Origin: Felis catus
Lineage: Eukaryota
DNA length: 64,000 nt
Direction of reading: 5' to 3'
Assembly: GCF_018350175.1 (NCBI RefSeq)
Contig: NC_058368.1
Location: 26,476,001-26,540,000 of the forward strand
Shown here piece by piece: positions 38,339 to 50,520 of the stretch (the first letter of the stretch is position 1; every line of letters starts with the position of its first letter). The notes beneath the pieces were generated by a model. That model saw nothing but the letters and a program-made list of their open reading frames with translations, had not been told where the DNA came from and made no database searches. Made by a program: the position numbers and the translations under genes.

Positions 38339-38914
38339 TTATTGTCAAATTGGTTTCCATACAACACCCAGTGCTCATCCCAACAGGTGCCCTCCTCAAT
38401 GCCCATCACCCACTTTCCCCTCTCCCCCACCCCCCATCAACCCTCAGTTTGTTCTCAGTACTTAAGAGTCTCTTATGGTTGCCTTCCTCCCTCTCTGTAA
38501 CTTCCCCCCCTTCCCCACCCCCCTGGTCTTCTGTTAAGTTTCTCAGAATCCACATATGAGTGAAAACATATGGTATCTGTCTTTCTCTGCCTGACTTATT
38601 TCACTTAGCATAGTACCTTCCACTTCCATCCATGTTGCTACAAACGGCCAGATTTAATTCTCTCTCATTGCCAAGTAGTATTCCATTGTATATGTAACCA
38701 CATATACATATACATACATACATATACATACATACATACATATACATATATGTATATATACATACATGTATATATACATACATGTATATATACATATACA
38801 AACCACATCTTCTTTATCCATTAGGCAGTTGATGGGCATTTAGGCTCTTTCCATCATTTGGCTATTGTTGAAAGTGCTGCTATAAACATTGGGGTACAAG
38901 TGCCCCGATGCAAT
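38303..38914 (-). mobile_element. Feline/carnivore L1 3' end, 5'-truncated
   Basis: tttattgtcaaattggtttccatacaacacccagtgctcatcccaac...; (TA)n tail; internal (TACA)-type repeat; TSD tgtgatattt at 38293-38302 and 38915-38924. Confidence 0.9.
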
Positions 38915-39239
38915 TGTGATATTTCTTGGAAAGCTGAATTTAACTTTGCAAACTCACACTCACCTGGATAACGGTATTTATTTTAGAGATGCAATTTCCA
39001 GGGGGCTCTGTGAGGGCAATTGATGTCTTCTTGTTTCTAGCATCTACGTCTCCAGGACCACAGATGCTTGGATAGGTGGGGATGGAGCAAGAAGAAAGCT
39101 GACGGCCAAGTTTCAGAACTCACGGTGGTGCGATGTGAAGGAGACCGTGGTCTCAGTCCTCGGCCAAGGACTGGTTCTCTTCCCCTCGGGAGCCCCTGAA
39201 ACCCCTAGGTTGTGACAGTGGCAAACCAGGTAACCTGGT

Positions 39240-39450
39240 ATGGAGCTAACACTTGTCACCTGCCACACACCAACTCATTTAATCCTCACAACAGCCTTGA
39301 GAGGTGGGTACCGTTATTATTCTCCTATTTTACAGATAAAGAAACTGAGACCCAGAGATGCTTAAGATCACATAGTCAGTAAAGGGCAAAGCCAGGAGTG
39401 AAGCAAGCATGCTGGCTTCAGATATCATGCCCTTCACAACTTTGCTCCTC
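39240..39450 (-). mobile_element. MIR
   Basis: ctcatttaatcctcacaacagcc...attttacagataaagaaactgagacccagaga. Confidence 0.8.
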
Positions 39451-41699
39451 TCCCAGTTATTCCTGACTTGTAATGGATGGGCCGGGATGTTGTTACCGGA
39501 CAGTGCTCGTGGGTGCTCAGGATGCTAATGCAAGCAAGACTCTAAATCATCAAGAAAAGGTCGAATGTGCCTATTCTTTATGGTTACTCAGATGTAAGAT
39601 ATTTTTATTTTTGTATTTCTATTTTTTAGGAGAAATGTTTAGAATACTGAAAAAGGGATTTCTGGGTCACCCTTGGTTGTTTCACTTTGGAAATACGAAG
39701 CGATTCTCTCCCTAGCACATTTTGGTTCATCTGGATTTGACTTCAACAAAGAACTTTCAGTAACTGAGGCGGTGTTGAAGCACATTTTGCCTGCGCCCCT
39801 CCATAACTAAACAGAATCTGGTGTGGTCTGTGTGGCTCTTCTCAGAAACACTGAAATATGAAAAGTGGCACAGGAATCTTAGGATGAAATCACAACAACA
39901 GTGTATTTGCTTTCTGGCAAGAACATTGAATTCTGGCAGAGTGTAGGGGCCAAACACAGAGTGCATGGTTTTGTCTGGACCATTCCATTTAAATGAAATT
40001 TGACTAGGGATTTGGAGAACATTATTACTACCTTGGGGAATTCCTGTGTGGATGTAAATAGAGCTTAGTATTTGTTTATAGGTAAATACTCAAAAGGTCA
40101 CAATAGGTGAAGATTTAGAGGGTATAGCAACAATAGCTTTTGTTGTTATTGTTTTTCTTAAACAAGGGTTTTATATTGTGTTTGGGTACTTTCCATGTAG
40201 CCCTACGTTCTGGATTTAAAAATGACATTTCTCATGGTACTTTCAACCCATGGTTATATGGCAGAGGGTCATATAAAAATAGATGCCTTTATAGTCTTTG
40301 TGGGTTTTAATTTTATCCTCAGAGAGAGAGAGAGTAACAGCCAAGTGACTGACGAGAAGTTTCCTTTGTTAGAAGTCTGAGACCAGGGCATTTCTCCTCC
40401 CTCCGTGGGGGCTGTCACAGGGCTGTCTGCCTCCATAACAACAGGTGTCAACGATGCACAAGTCATTGAGAGAAACCACGTGGGTGTCCTCTGACAGTGT
40501 TTTACCCTTAGTCCCTTGCTATGGCCTTTCATTTCTGATCCACCTTTCCCTTTGGACTTGGGTTTCTGACTTATTACTGCAAAGCCATCTGTCTGTCTAT
40601 CCATCTATCCATCCAGCCATCCATTTGTCCATTCATTCTGCTTTTCATGTATTATCCATTACCTGGCTTCTCTGTGACAGGCCTTTCTTAGTGCCCCAGA
40701 TGACTCTGCTCTCCTGGGGGGAAGTGCAGGCTCCCAGGGTCCCCTTCCCTCACCATGCATGCAGGGGAATGGAGGGCACTGTGAGGCCACCTTATTTTCC
40801 CAGGCCCCTCCTGTTGCCATTGGAGTCCATGGTCTGCAGTTCCCATCCAGCACCTCCAGACAGGGTTCTGAACCCACAGGGTTGGAGTAAGAGAAGAGGG
40901 AGGGGAGGTTATGGGAGAGGGAGGCCACAGTCCTAACTTGGGGGTTAGGCTCTTCTTCCTGTGGGGTAGGAATCACCTTCATATCACTCCCTACCTTCTC
41001 TCAGGCCTTGATACAGATGGCCAGCTGAAAGAGCTTTGGGGTCTTTCTGTTAAAAAGAAAAAAGATAAAAGCCTTGGGAGTCCTGATAAAATGCTTTCTC
41101 TTAACAGTCTTATAAAGTCTATTGCCTTTAGAGTGAAATACAATTTGGAATTCACATCAAGAACAATGGTGTTTTTTCTCCAGTTAGCATATCCCCTTCT
41201 TGGGGCTGTATGTGTCCATAGCACGGTGCAGTTTTAATGGCAGATGAGCTGTGGAGGAGGGGGCAACGAAGAGTCACCGGGAAAATACAGCGGGCAGTAT
41301 TTCGAAGCATCCCTGGACACATGGGAACCTGTGTGAGCCCCACCCTCAAGTGGCCCCATCTTCCCTTGATGTTGCCCTGAATGGTGCTCTTTCATGTCAT
41401 GTGGAAAAGCAACCTTCCCCCTTATGCTGGGTTCTGATTTATGTGGCTGTTTTGAAGATCAAAACTTGAACTAACGCTCCTAAGCTGGGAAACCCTGCCC
41501 AGGCCCCTGTGCTGGACTCAGCTGTCACACCGCATCATCTCTGTCCCACTACCCCCGGGCAATTTGGCCCTATGTCCAGAAGCAGCGGCTCCAGGGTGTC
41601 GCCATCTGTCAGACCAGTGAACTGAGGGAGCTTCTCTTCAACTTTCCCTCCCTCGTATCAAATGCAAGCACCCTCTCAAAACTTAGGCAGCTTGAGGCG

Positions 41700-42325
41700 C
41701 TTTTCAAGGACAATTCTTGGCCCCAGCTGTAGCTCTGACCTGCTCCTTCTGTCTGATATTTTCATGCTCTTCCCCATCACCTCAGAGGGAGGGTCTAATC
41801 ATGCCATGTGGGCAGCACTTCCTAAGTTTCTCATCGTTACGGTCTGGGGACTCCAAACATTCCATGCTCTGTCTTGCCTTTATGACTTTATATATTTTAT
41901 TCCTTCCTAGAATACTTTCTACTCCCACCCCTTGATTCAAGAAACATTCCCTGAACTAGCTGGGCACTTCTCTGGGCACTTCCCTGAGTACCAAACTAGT
42001 TTAAGTGCCACTGTCCTATAAGCCTTTGCTCAGCATCAATTTCTTCTCTTGGGGGACAGCCTTGGTCACTCTCTCTCCCCTTTATACCTCTTTCCCCTTT
42101 TCCTCTCAGCCCTGAATTAGGGGCTCCTCCTCTGCTCCCTCAGACCCCATCATGCACTCCTATTACAGCATTTATCATATATTCTCATTGCCTTCTCTGT
42201 CATCCCCTTTTCGGCCCTAATTAGTTCCTAAAGGGCAAAGACAGAGTCTTGTTCATCCAGCAGACTATCTGCACGTAGAAGGCCCTCAGCAGAATTTACT
42301 ACATGTGTGCATAAATGAATGATCA
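41700..42325 (+). mobile_element. L2 LINE 3' fragments
   Basis: ttccttcctagaatactt...aagggcaaagacagagtcttgttcatc...aaatgaatga. Confidence 0.5.
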
Positions 42326-43162
42326 GTTTTAATGTATTTTTGAAATCCCTTCCTGGTGAGGGATTGACTAAGAAGATATTTCTGGAACTGGGAAAACAAA
42401 CCAGAGCAATTTAGTGTGACTTTACTTTTAACCTGACCTTGAGGCTCTAAGCTGAATAAACAAAAGATGAAAAACAAAATATTGGAATTAAGAAATGGTC
42501 ATTTTCTCTATGTTTCAAGTTTTAAAAATTTCATGCAGTTTTGACCACAGAGACAGAAGAGAAAAAAAGAGAGCTGTGAATTTTATCTCGTCTCCGGGGC
42601 AACAAAATGAGTAACGTTAGAGAGAGGCAGAGAGAAATCGAGACAGAGTCTCAACAAGGGGAATTCACTGTTCCAACCAAAAGTCATTTGAAAAGAAACA
42701 AAGACTTTTCCCAAAGCAAAGGAATCAAAACCAAAATAAAAGGAAATGAGGTAGATTCCCTACACATGATCCTCTGTTGGTGAAGGTCGAGAAGGCAATG
42801 GCGAAACAATGGGAATTTTATGATTGTTCAAGCCTCTTGAGACACAGCAGTGCAGCTTTTCTGACGCTTACGGCGGGGAAGAAACATCAAGTCAGAACTG
42901 TATACATAAGCCATTTCCCACAGCCTGCTGAGAAACTCGAGCAGCGGGGTGAGGTGTGTGAAGGAATACGGTGACAGGATTTCCCTGAGAAGGGCTGGCA
43001 GGGGAACAGAGCTGCTCTGATGGATTGTGATGGATTGCCCCCCTCCCCCTCGCTTCGCTCTCCTGCCTGGAGCGCTCTCATTTCGGCTCCATCAGGAGCA
43101 AATTTCAGGTCTGTTTCCGGCATGGTCGTTGCCTCCTGATGCTGGCCCTCTGAGACTCAGTC

Positions 43163-43176
43163 GTTGTCATGGAAAC
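43163..43176. promoter_or_regulatory. RFX X-box-like palindrome GTTGTCATGGAAAC in a CpG-enriched patch
   Basis: Close match to the GTTRCCATGGYAAC motif; about 20 CpGs within 43050-43450; CRE-like TGACGTCG at 43402. Confidence 0.45.
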
Positions 43177-43995
43177 AACCATTTAGACAATTCATCTGAA
43201 CAGGGCCTTGCTAAGGGGGCGAAGAGGACCCAAATCACCTCGGTGCACGAAGGCTCTCAGTCGGGAGCCCAGTGTCATGGCTCCCGTAGCGGTCATGGCG
43301 ACTGGTCACGAGGCCTCCCAGAGCGTTCTCGGTTCAATCCTCCATTTCTCCGTGTACTCAGAATACATTTGTTTGACTGCTTCGAAAGTGCCCCCAGTGT
43401 GTGACGTCGACAGAAATGTTTCTGGCTCCTCTGACCGTCAGGGTCCTCCCACAGTGTCTGGCTCCCACATTGGGTCATCAGGTAGTCTACAACCATCCAT
43501 AGCAGGCCTCTCCATTTCCAGTACTTTATGTCCCATTCTGACATCGCTGAGTTCTTGGGCCCTCAGAGCAGTTCCATCTACAGTAGTGCCCACAACCTGG
43601 CAGTTAGATCACCAGCACCCCACGTCGTAGCAGAGAGGGGAACCCATAGGTGCAAGTCTAGTTAGGGGAAGGTATAAGGGCCGTCGGGAACAATAGCTGG
43701 CTCCGAAGGTCCGTGCATTTTATTCCAAGTGAGTGATGTGAAGCCATTCTGAGGACCTCCTCACTAAAAACCAGTGAGACGATGCATTATGCAGAGGCAA
43801 CTGGTCACAGTCAACACAGAGAATAACATCTAGTAGGACTGTAGGTTGGGGTCCTTTAGCACCCCCAAATGATACTGGAGGCAAAGAGTATTGCATATCT
43901 CAAAAGCCACTGAAGGTCTTGTTTTATTGGTGTTCGGAATGACACCCACATGTCGTCAAGAAAAGCTAGATATATATGCATATATACACACGTAT

Positions 43996-44189
43996 TTTTT
44001 AAATGTTTATTTTTTGAGAGAGAGAGAGCGAGAGAGCAGAGGAGGGGAAGAGAGAGAGGGAGACAGAGGATCTGAAGCAGGCTCTCTGCTGTCAGCAGAG
44101 AGCCCCATGTGGGGCTTGAACTCACGAACCAGAGATCATGACCTGAGCTGAAGTCAGACGCTTACCTGACTGAGCCACCCAGACACCCC
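43996..44189 (-). mobile_element. Can-SINE (older subfamily)
   Basis: SINEC body; degenerate TSD tac(a/g)cac(g/a)tat. Confidence 0.9.
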
Positions 44190-44476
44190 TACGCACATAT
44201 GTGTTAAGAAGGTGATGTATGTAGTATATTTCAGGAAGATTTCCTACCAAACTGATGACATAAGAAAGGGAAAACATCAGCTCCATGGAAAACTAAGTTA
44301 TGTGAACTACTGTGTGTGTTCTGGCAGTGTTCTATGCTACTCCAACTACTCTCTAGGAGGAGTTCCAAGCCAACGGAGCTAAGAGTTCTTACACATGGAT
44401 TCTGCAGAAGCCCTGCCAGATGGCGAGGGGTCCTTGCAATCACCTATTGTGGTGGTCCTTACATAATTATTGGCCT

Positions 44477-44575
44477 CGTCTGTGCTGAGAGCACGGGGTG
44501 TGCTTGGGATTTTCCCTCTCTGCCCCTCCCATGATGGCTTTCTCTCTCTTTCAAAATAAATAAATACACTTAAAA
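44477..44575 (+). mobile_element. 5'-truncated Can-SINE
   Basis: ctgtgctgagagc...tgcttgggatt...ctctctgcccctccc...caaaataaataaa. Confidence 0.7.
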
Positions 44576-44722
44576 ATTTTTGTTTTTAATTACTGGTCTT
44601 GGAGCCCTTTCTGCAGTGGAATCTTATGCAGGACCCTCCCCCTGACCCTTATGTGAAAACCCCTCCCTCTGCTAGCATGCGGGGAAGGAGCTGTAAGAAT
44701 GACTGGTTTCAGGTGCAGGTAG

Positions 44723-45083
44723 TATCTTAGTCTGCTTGGCCGCCATAACAAAATACCACAGACTGTGTGGCTTAAACAACAGACATTTACTTTCTCACAG
44801 TTCTGGAGGCTAGAAGTCCAATATCCAGGTGCCAGCATGGATGGTCATCTTCTTGGCTTGTAGACAGCTGCTTTCTGATTGTGTCCTCACATAGAACAGA
44901 GAGAGACGGAGAGCTGTCGGGTGTCTCTTCTTACAGGGGCACTAATCCTATCATGAGGGCCCCACACTTGTAACCTCATCTAACCCTAATTAGCTCCCAA
45001 AGTTCCCATCTCCAGAAGCTATCACACTGGGGGTTAGGGTTTCAACATATGAATTTTGGTTTGACATAATTCTATCCATGACA
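44723..45083 (-). mobile_element. MLT1A-like solo LTR
   Basis: ccataacaaaataccacagactg...ctcacagttctggaggctagaagtcc...ttcaacatatgaatttt; 5-bp TSD ggt(a/g)g. Confidence 0.88.
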
Positions 45084-45244
45084 GGTGGGAATGAGGAGGT
45101 CTAAGGAGGTCCTGTGATATGTGTGGGGTCCTATGGCTCATGTAGGCAGACAGGGGATAATGTCTAATTCAGGGCTCCTTGCCTTTTAGCACACAGCTTC
45201 ACATTTTGAGTATCTGCCATGAGATCTTGGCTTCTCAGGCTGTT

Positions 45245-45442
45245 TTTGTTGTTGTTTACTTATTTATTTTGAGAAGGAGAGAGTGAGTGAGCAAGGAGGG
45301 AGAGGGAGAGAGAGAATCCCAAGCAGGCTCCATTCTGTCAGCACAGCGCCTGATGTGGGGCTCAAACTCATGAACCGGGAGATCATGACCTGAGCCGCAA
45401 CCAAGAATTGGTCACTTAACCAACTGGGCCACCCGGTGCCCC
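45245..45442 (-). mobile_element. Can-SINE (older subfamily)
   Basis: gagaatcccaagcaggctcc...gagatcatgacctgagcc. Confidence 0.9.
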
Positions 45443-46881
45443 TCAGCCTCTTGTGTACTTTTGAGAATTGAGCAGGTTCAAGGAAGGCTTTCTGGAGGCT
45501 ACCTTTTCTAAAACTCATCAGGAGCCATATTAGCAATTTCATTAGAAATAGCTATCATATCTAGAGCCTTGACTAAAGTCAGCACTGTTCTAAGAAGTTG
45601 CATACAGTACCTCATTTAACCTTCGTGATTACCTAGGGTAAAGGTACCCTTATCCCTTCTCCAGTTGATAGAGAGAATACAGAGATACTATGTGATTACA
45701 CAAGGTCACACAGTCAGTAAGTGGCATAGCTGGGGGTCAGTCTGGCTGTGGAGTCTGCACTCTTAATCAGCACAGGGATGAAACAGACAATACCATAGTT
45801 AGGAGACAGGCAGGAGTAACCTTTCCTCTGGGCTGAATGTGCTGGAATAAACCATCTGTCCCCTGGTCAGGGCTGGGGCCAGCACATGAGGTTGGTTTTG
45901 TGAGAAACTGTAAGTGTGTCTGACATATGGCTGTTTCCCAAGCTGAGAACACAGGCACAGACTTGAATCCTCTGCTTCTTCCAATGCCAGATAATGGAAC
46001 AGACAGCCTTACTAGAGTCATAATCCCAACTTCCTCTTTTCCAAATGGAAAGAGGTCAAAGATCTCTTTTCTAGGCTCACAGGATAAGGGACTAAGCAAG
46101 GCCACTGCACAGGACCACGTGGGATAGGATACCATTTTGAAATGAATTCGTAAGTGCTGCTCTCTCCTTTAGGGATGGTGAACTCCCCTTCCTCATGGTG
46201 GAATCCAGTAGTCATCAGGGACGTTCCGCACGCTGGGTGTCTGACAGCCTAGAGACATGAGCTGTGCTATTGGGGTTTACGTCGGACATTGATTGATGTC
46301 GTTCACTCCCAGGCCCTTTATCATCAACTTCTTGTTGGACGGCCCATGCGCTGCACTTGGCACCACAGGAGGGGGTGGGGGCGTGAAAGAGTGAAGATAT
46401 GTAGGGGGAGCGGGAATGTGTTCTACGGCCCATAGGTAAACAGTGTGCCAGACCTGGGAGTTCTGTTGACAAGGGTTCACTCTTGGCTCGTCATTGGGTT
46501 ACTTTGGGCAAATGACTTCCCCTCCCCACACTCTGGCTTCCTCACTTACAAAATGTAATAACTGCATTGCAGGTTGTTGTTTGAATGTATTTAAGGTGTC
46601 TACCATCTGATCAGGTCTCAGTAATGTTAGTTTTTTTCTTCTGATGCTACAGGTTGTGTGCTTTTATTTAAAGAAACACAATGCTTCTGTTACCGTTTAA
46701 CTGATGTCATATTTTCTGGTGGATTGTTGGTTTGCTTTTGACTGTGATTCTTTTTACAACTGAGATGCTTTCATGTTTCCGGGTAAAGAGCAGAAGTTAA
46801 GCCAAGGAAGGAGCAAAGCTGGGTTTAAGGATAGTCACAGAAAAGTGAGGACCACCCATTGGCAGAAAAGAATCATATTTT

Positions 46882-47119
46882 ATTTTTTATTTTTTATTTA
46901 AAAAAAATTTTTTTTTCAACGTTTATTTATTTTTGGGACAGAGAGAGACAGAGCATGAACGGGGGAGGGGCAGAGAGAGAGGGAGACACAGAATCGGAAA
47001 CAGGCTCCAGGCTCTGAGCCATCAGCCCAGAGCCTGATGCGGGGCTCGAACTCACGGACCGTGAGATCGTGACCTGGCTGAAGTCGGACGCTTAACCGAC
47101 TGCGCCACCCAGGCGCCCC
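46882..47119 (-). mobile_element. Young feline Can-SINE
   Basis: TSD aagaatca(t/c)atttt. Confidence 0.95.
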
Positions 47120-47627
47120 AAGAATCACATTTTAAAAAGAAAGAAAGAAAAAAAAACTATCCTGGGGAAAAACTGCATTAAAGTTCATTCTATTGTCTCA
47201 AGTTTTGGAAAGCTTTTAAAATTATTATTTTATGTCATGTTCTCAAGTACAACCTCCACAAAGAATCACCGTCTCCTAGAAAGATTCAAACACGTGAAAT
47301 GAGGGAATTAGAAGATCGAGACAAAAGCAAATAATCACTCGCCAAAACGAGAACAAGGAGAGAAAAGCATCCTCAGAAACTCAGCCTAAGATTTTAGGAC
47401 AGATTCTGCTCGAGTTCAATATTCCCTTAACAGACCTGGCCCAGGTGACAGAGCTGATGAGCCGCACACGGGGAGTTTCAGAATTAAAGAATTATCTTTT
47501 ACTCTTCTTTCCTGCAGATCTTAGTTTCAAAGATGATTTTCTTGCTAACTCTTTAGGAACAGGGAGCAGCTGATGTGTTATGCTGTTTCTCTCCACGGGA
47601 ACATGTACTTCGCAGGCAGAGAAACAA

Positions 47628-47628
<1 letters not shown>

Positions 47629-47660
<32 letters not shown>

Positions 47661-47663
47661 CAC
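47629..47663. repeat. (CA)n microsatellite
   Basis: Seen directly. Confidence 0.9.
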
Positions 47664-49159
47664 TCATGCACCATGCAAGTGAACAGATGAGGGTGAAGAC
47701 ATCGTGACTGGCTATGAAAGAAGTCTAGAAGTTACCCGTGGAAATGAAGCACACGGATTTAATTTGATATTGATTTCAGTTTCAGGAGGAAGAGACTGCC
47801 CTTGCTGCTAAACATGGTGTCATGCAGAAACCTCTGTTTTCTCATTCTGACTGGGACTCTCTTCTCCTCCCAAGAGCTCACCACACGCACGTGTCTCATA
47901 CTGAGGGCACTTTGAGGGAATGTTTATTCATTCTCAGGCGATGAAGAGTGGCACAGAAAGTGCATTCGGTCAAAAGCACCACTGTGCAGTGATCAGGAAA
48001 TCTCAGGCAGATGAATTTTCTGAATAAGATGCTTTTCTTTCCTATCTCATCAGAATCTTCTCTAACAGACCTGTCGCTTGTTCTTAACAAATGATTTTTG
48101 AGAAGCAATCCCTCTGGTTTTGCCCCCTCCACCCAAAGGGACTATAAGATAACCAATGTCTGGATCAAACACTGGGTTAACTATTTCTGGTACGTGTTTT
48201 CTTTTCAGGGTTTGAAGAAAACGACATCATTCAGGGCCATGCTTGCCTCACGTGGCATCTTCCCGTGTCTCTGTCGGGACAAACACTCACCCATTCATCT
48301 CCTTGCTGCCTGACCACCGGAAAACAGTGTGACTGGCACATAAATTGTGCCAGGCGAGGGACAGGTGGGTTAGCTGAGCTTGGGGCCCTGCCAGCCCTCC
48401 CATCATGTAATAAGAAAGCTCTCAAATAAACACCATATGATTTAATTGAATCTGAGCTAGGAGATACGGTTTTCACAGAAACTAATTACGGCAGGCAGCC
48501 CAACATATTAGTGCAGTAAATCTCGCCCATGTCAAGCCCTTGAGCTGTTGCCACGCTGGCTTATTTTCTGGCTCTCCCTCTTCCCATGCTTCCTAGTTGT
48601 GTTTTTTTTTTTTTCCAATTGGTTTCTTCCCACTTATTCTCATCACTCTATCTTCTTTCCAGCATGTTGAGACCTCGAACAGGGGTTCAGCACTTGTAGC
48701 CCCGTGATTCCTGCTTCAGGTCGATAAACATATGTGGTTCTGTGTATGTACGTGTGTGCACACATGTGTGCCTGTGTGTGTATGCTGGCCTTTCTGTCTG
48801 CGATGGACGTGACGATTCAGGATGGAATGGTATAGGAAGTCACTATGGCAGGTGGGGCTAGGGAGCGGGGGCAGTGGATAAAAAAATGATTCAAGCTTCC
48901 TTCCTTCAAATAGCTTGGCATGGGTGATTCTGGGGGAGGTAGTGTCAGCTAAAAAAGGGAAAGAGGAAAGTTGTGTAAACAAGTAGCCTTGGAAACATCA
49001 GGCAGAATGAGGTACGAGCCATGGATCATGAGAGCGAAGACGGAGGAGTTTAATCCTGACTAGGCTAAGTAAGCGTTCACTTCCTTCCATCCGTCAGTTA
49101 GGAACAGAACACTTGACTAAGTATTAGGAGTGAATGAACTCATAATTATTTTGTTACTT

Positions 49160-49605
49160 AGTTAAGAAGTCTCAGAGTTTGTTCAGTCACTTGGTTATCC
49201 TTCCATGCTTTTTCCATCTTTCTCTGCCATCCTCAGAGTTAATGGCTTTTGTTCTCGTGCTTCGTGATCTGAAGATGGCAGCTGCAGTTCCAGACATTGC
49301 ATGAGCATCTCAAGCTTAAAGAAAGAAGAGGCCGGGGCAAAAGACCTTCTTTTTATTAGGCTCTAGATTTCTGGACTTTAAGAAATAAGCTTTTTTCTGA
49401 AGCCTCAGGAAAATTTCCCTTGTATCCTCAGTGTCTGACCACGTAAGGAAGGACGGGAAGGTATCTAGCAAACGGGAGTGAGAGGCCATGACTCATTTCT
49501 TAGGGATGGATGCATTGTTACTCTACTAAAATCGAGATTCTGTGGGAAAGGGGGAATGTGACTGGGAATGACAGCTGGGTTGGTCAACCTATGGCATCTG
49601 TCACT
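49160..49605 (-). mobile_element. Old MaLR LTR (MLT1J-M-like) remnant
   Basis: ctctgccatcctcag...aagatggcagctgcagttccagacatt...ggcatctgtcac. Confidence 0.5.
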
Positions 49606-49642
49606 TTCTTCTAGTATATTTGAAAAAAAGGATATTTGTCTT

Positions 49643-49867
49643 TTTTTTTTTTAATTTTTTTTTAACATTTTATTTTTTTTTTTGAGACAGAGAGAGACAG
49701 AGCATGAACGGGGGAGGGTCAGAGAGAGGGAGACACAGAATCTGAAACAGGCTCCAGGCTCTGAGCGGTCAGCACAGAGCCTGACGCGGGGCTTGAACTC
49801 ATGGACCGCGAGATCATGACCTGAGCCGAAGTCGGCTGCTTAACCGACTGAGCCACCCAGGCGCCCC
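49643..49867 (-). mobile_element. Feline Can-SINE
   Basis: Perfect TSD aaggatatttgtctt. Confidence 0.96.
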
Positions 49868-50039
49868 AAGGATATTTGTCTTACATCAGCTACTGAGCCG
49901 GGCCCTGCACTCCACCAGCAGATGCTCCTTGCATTAACACCCTTCTTTGACATTTGTTTTGCTGTTGGTCATCACCATAATTCAGTTACAGTTCTCTTGA
50001 AACAATACTGCTTCCCCTATACAGGCCTACCCAAAGGAT

Positions 50040-50250
50040 TTCAGATCAGACAGAACTGGGTTCAGATCCTGTCCCAGATGTACCACTCACTAGCATTGTT
50101 GCCTTGGGCAAGTTACTCAATCTCTTTGCTCAGTAAAAATGTGCATAATGACTTGTATCTCATTGAGTGGCTACCAGGATTAAATAACGAATGTAAAGTG
50201 CTTAGCACCCGTGTCTGGACTAGAGGACTGCTCAATAAATGGTAGTTGTC
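50040..50250 (+). mobile_element. MIR
   Basis: agacagaactgggttcagatcc...ccttgggcaagttact...tgtaaagtgcttagcac...ctcaataaatggtag. Confidence 0.8.
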
Positions 50251-50274
50251 TCTTTTCTCCACATTTAAAAAGAT

Positions 50275-50520
50275 AATAATAGCTAACACTTACTGAGTGC
50301 TTACTATATACCTAGCACAGTTCTTAGTGCTTCATGCCAATTTAACCCTCACAGCAACTCAGGGAGATCTGTGCTGGCATTCTGTTTTTTAACAGCTAGG
50401 CCATGAGAGAAAAAGGGATATTTGTCTACAATGCCAGAGATAGTGAGAGGCAGAGATAAGATTGAATCCATGCAGTTGGTCTTGAACCTGGGCGCAAACC
50501 ACTATGTCTACTTCCTCTTG
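50275..50520 (-). mobile_element. MIR
   Basis: ataatagctaacacttactgagtgcttacta...tttaaccctcacagcaac. Confidence 0.75.

Noticed and set aside
38179..38914. L1 3' transduction as the source of the 107-bp duplicate
   Set aside because: The duplicate lies outside the L1 TSD and has no poly-A tail of its own
47517..48719. Several plus-strand pyrimidine-AG acceptor-like sites (47517, 48208, 48662)
   Set aside because: Weak or missing donors and no coherent reading frame or recognisable protein
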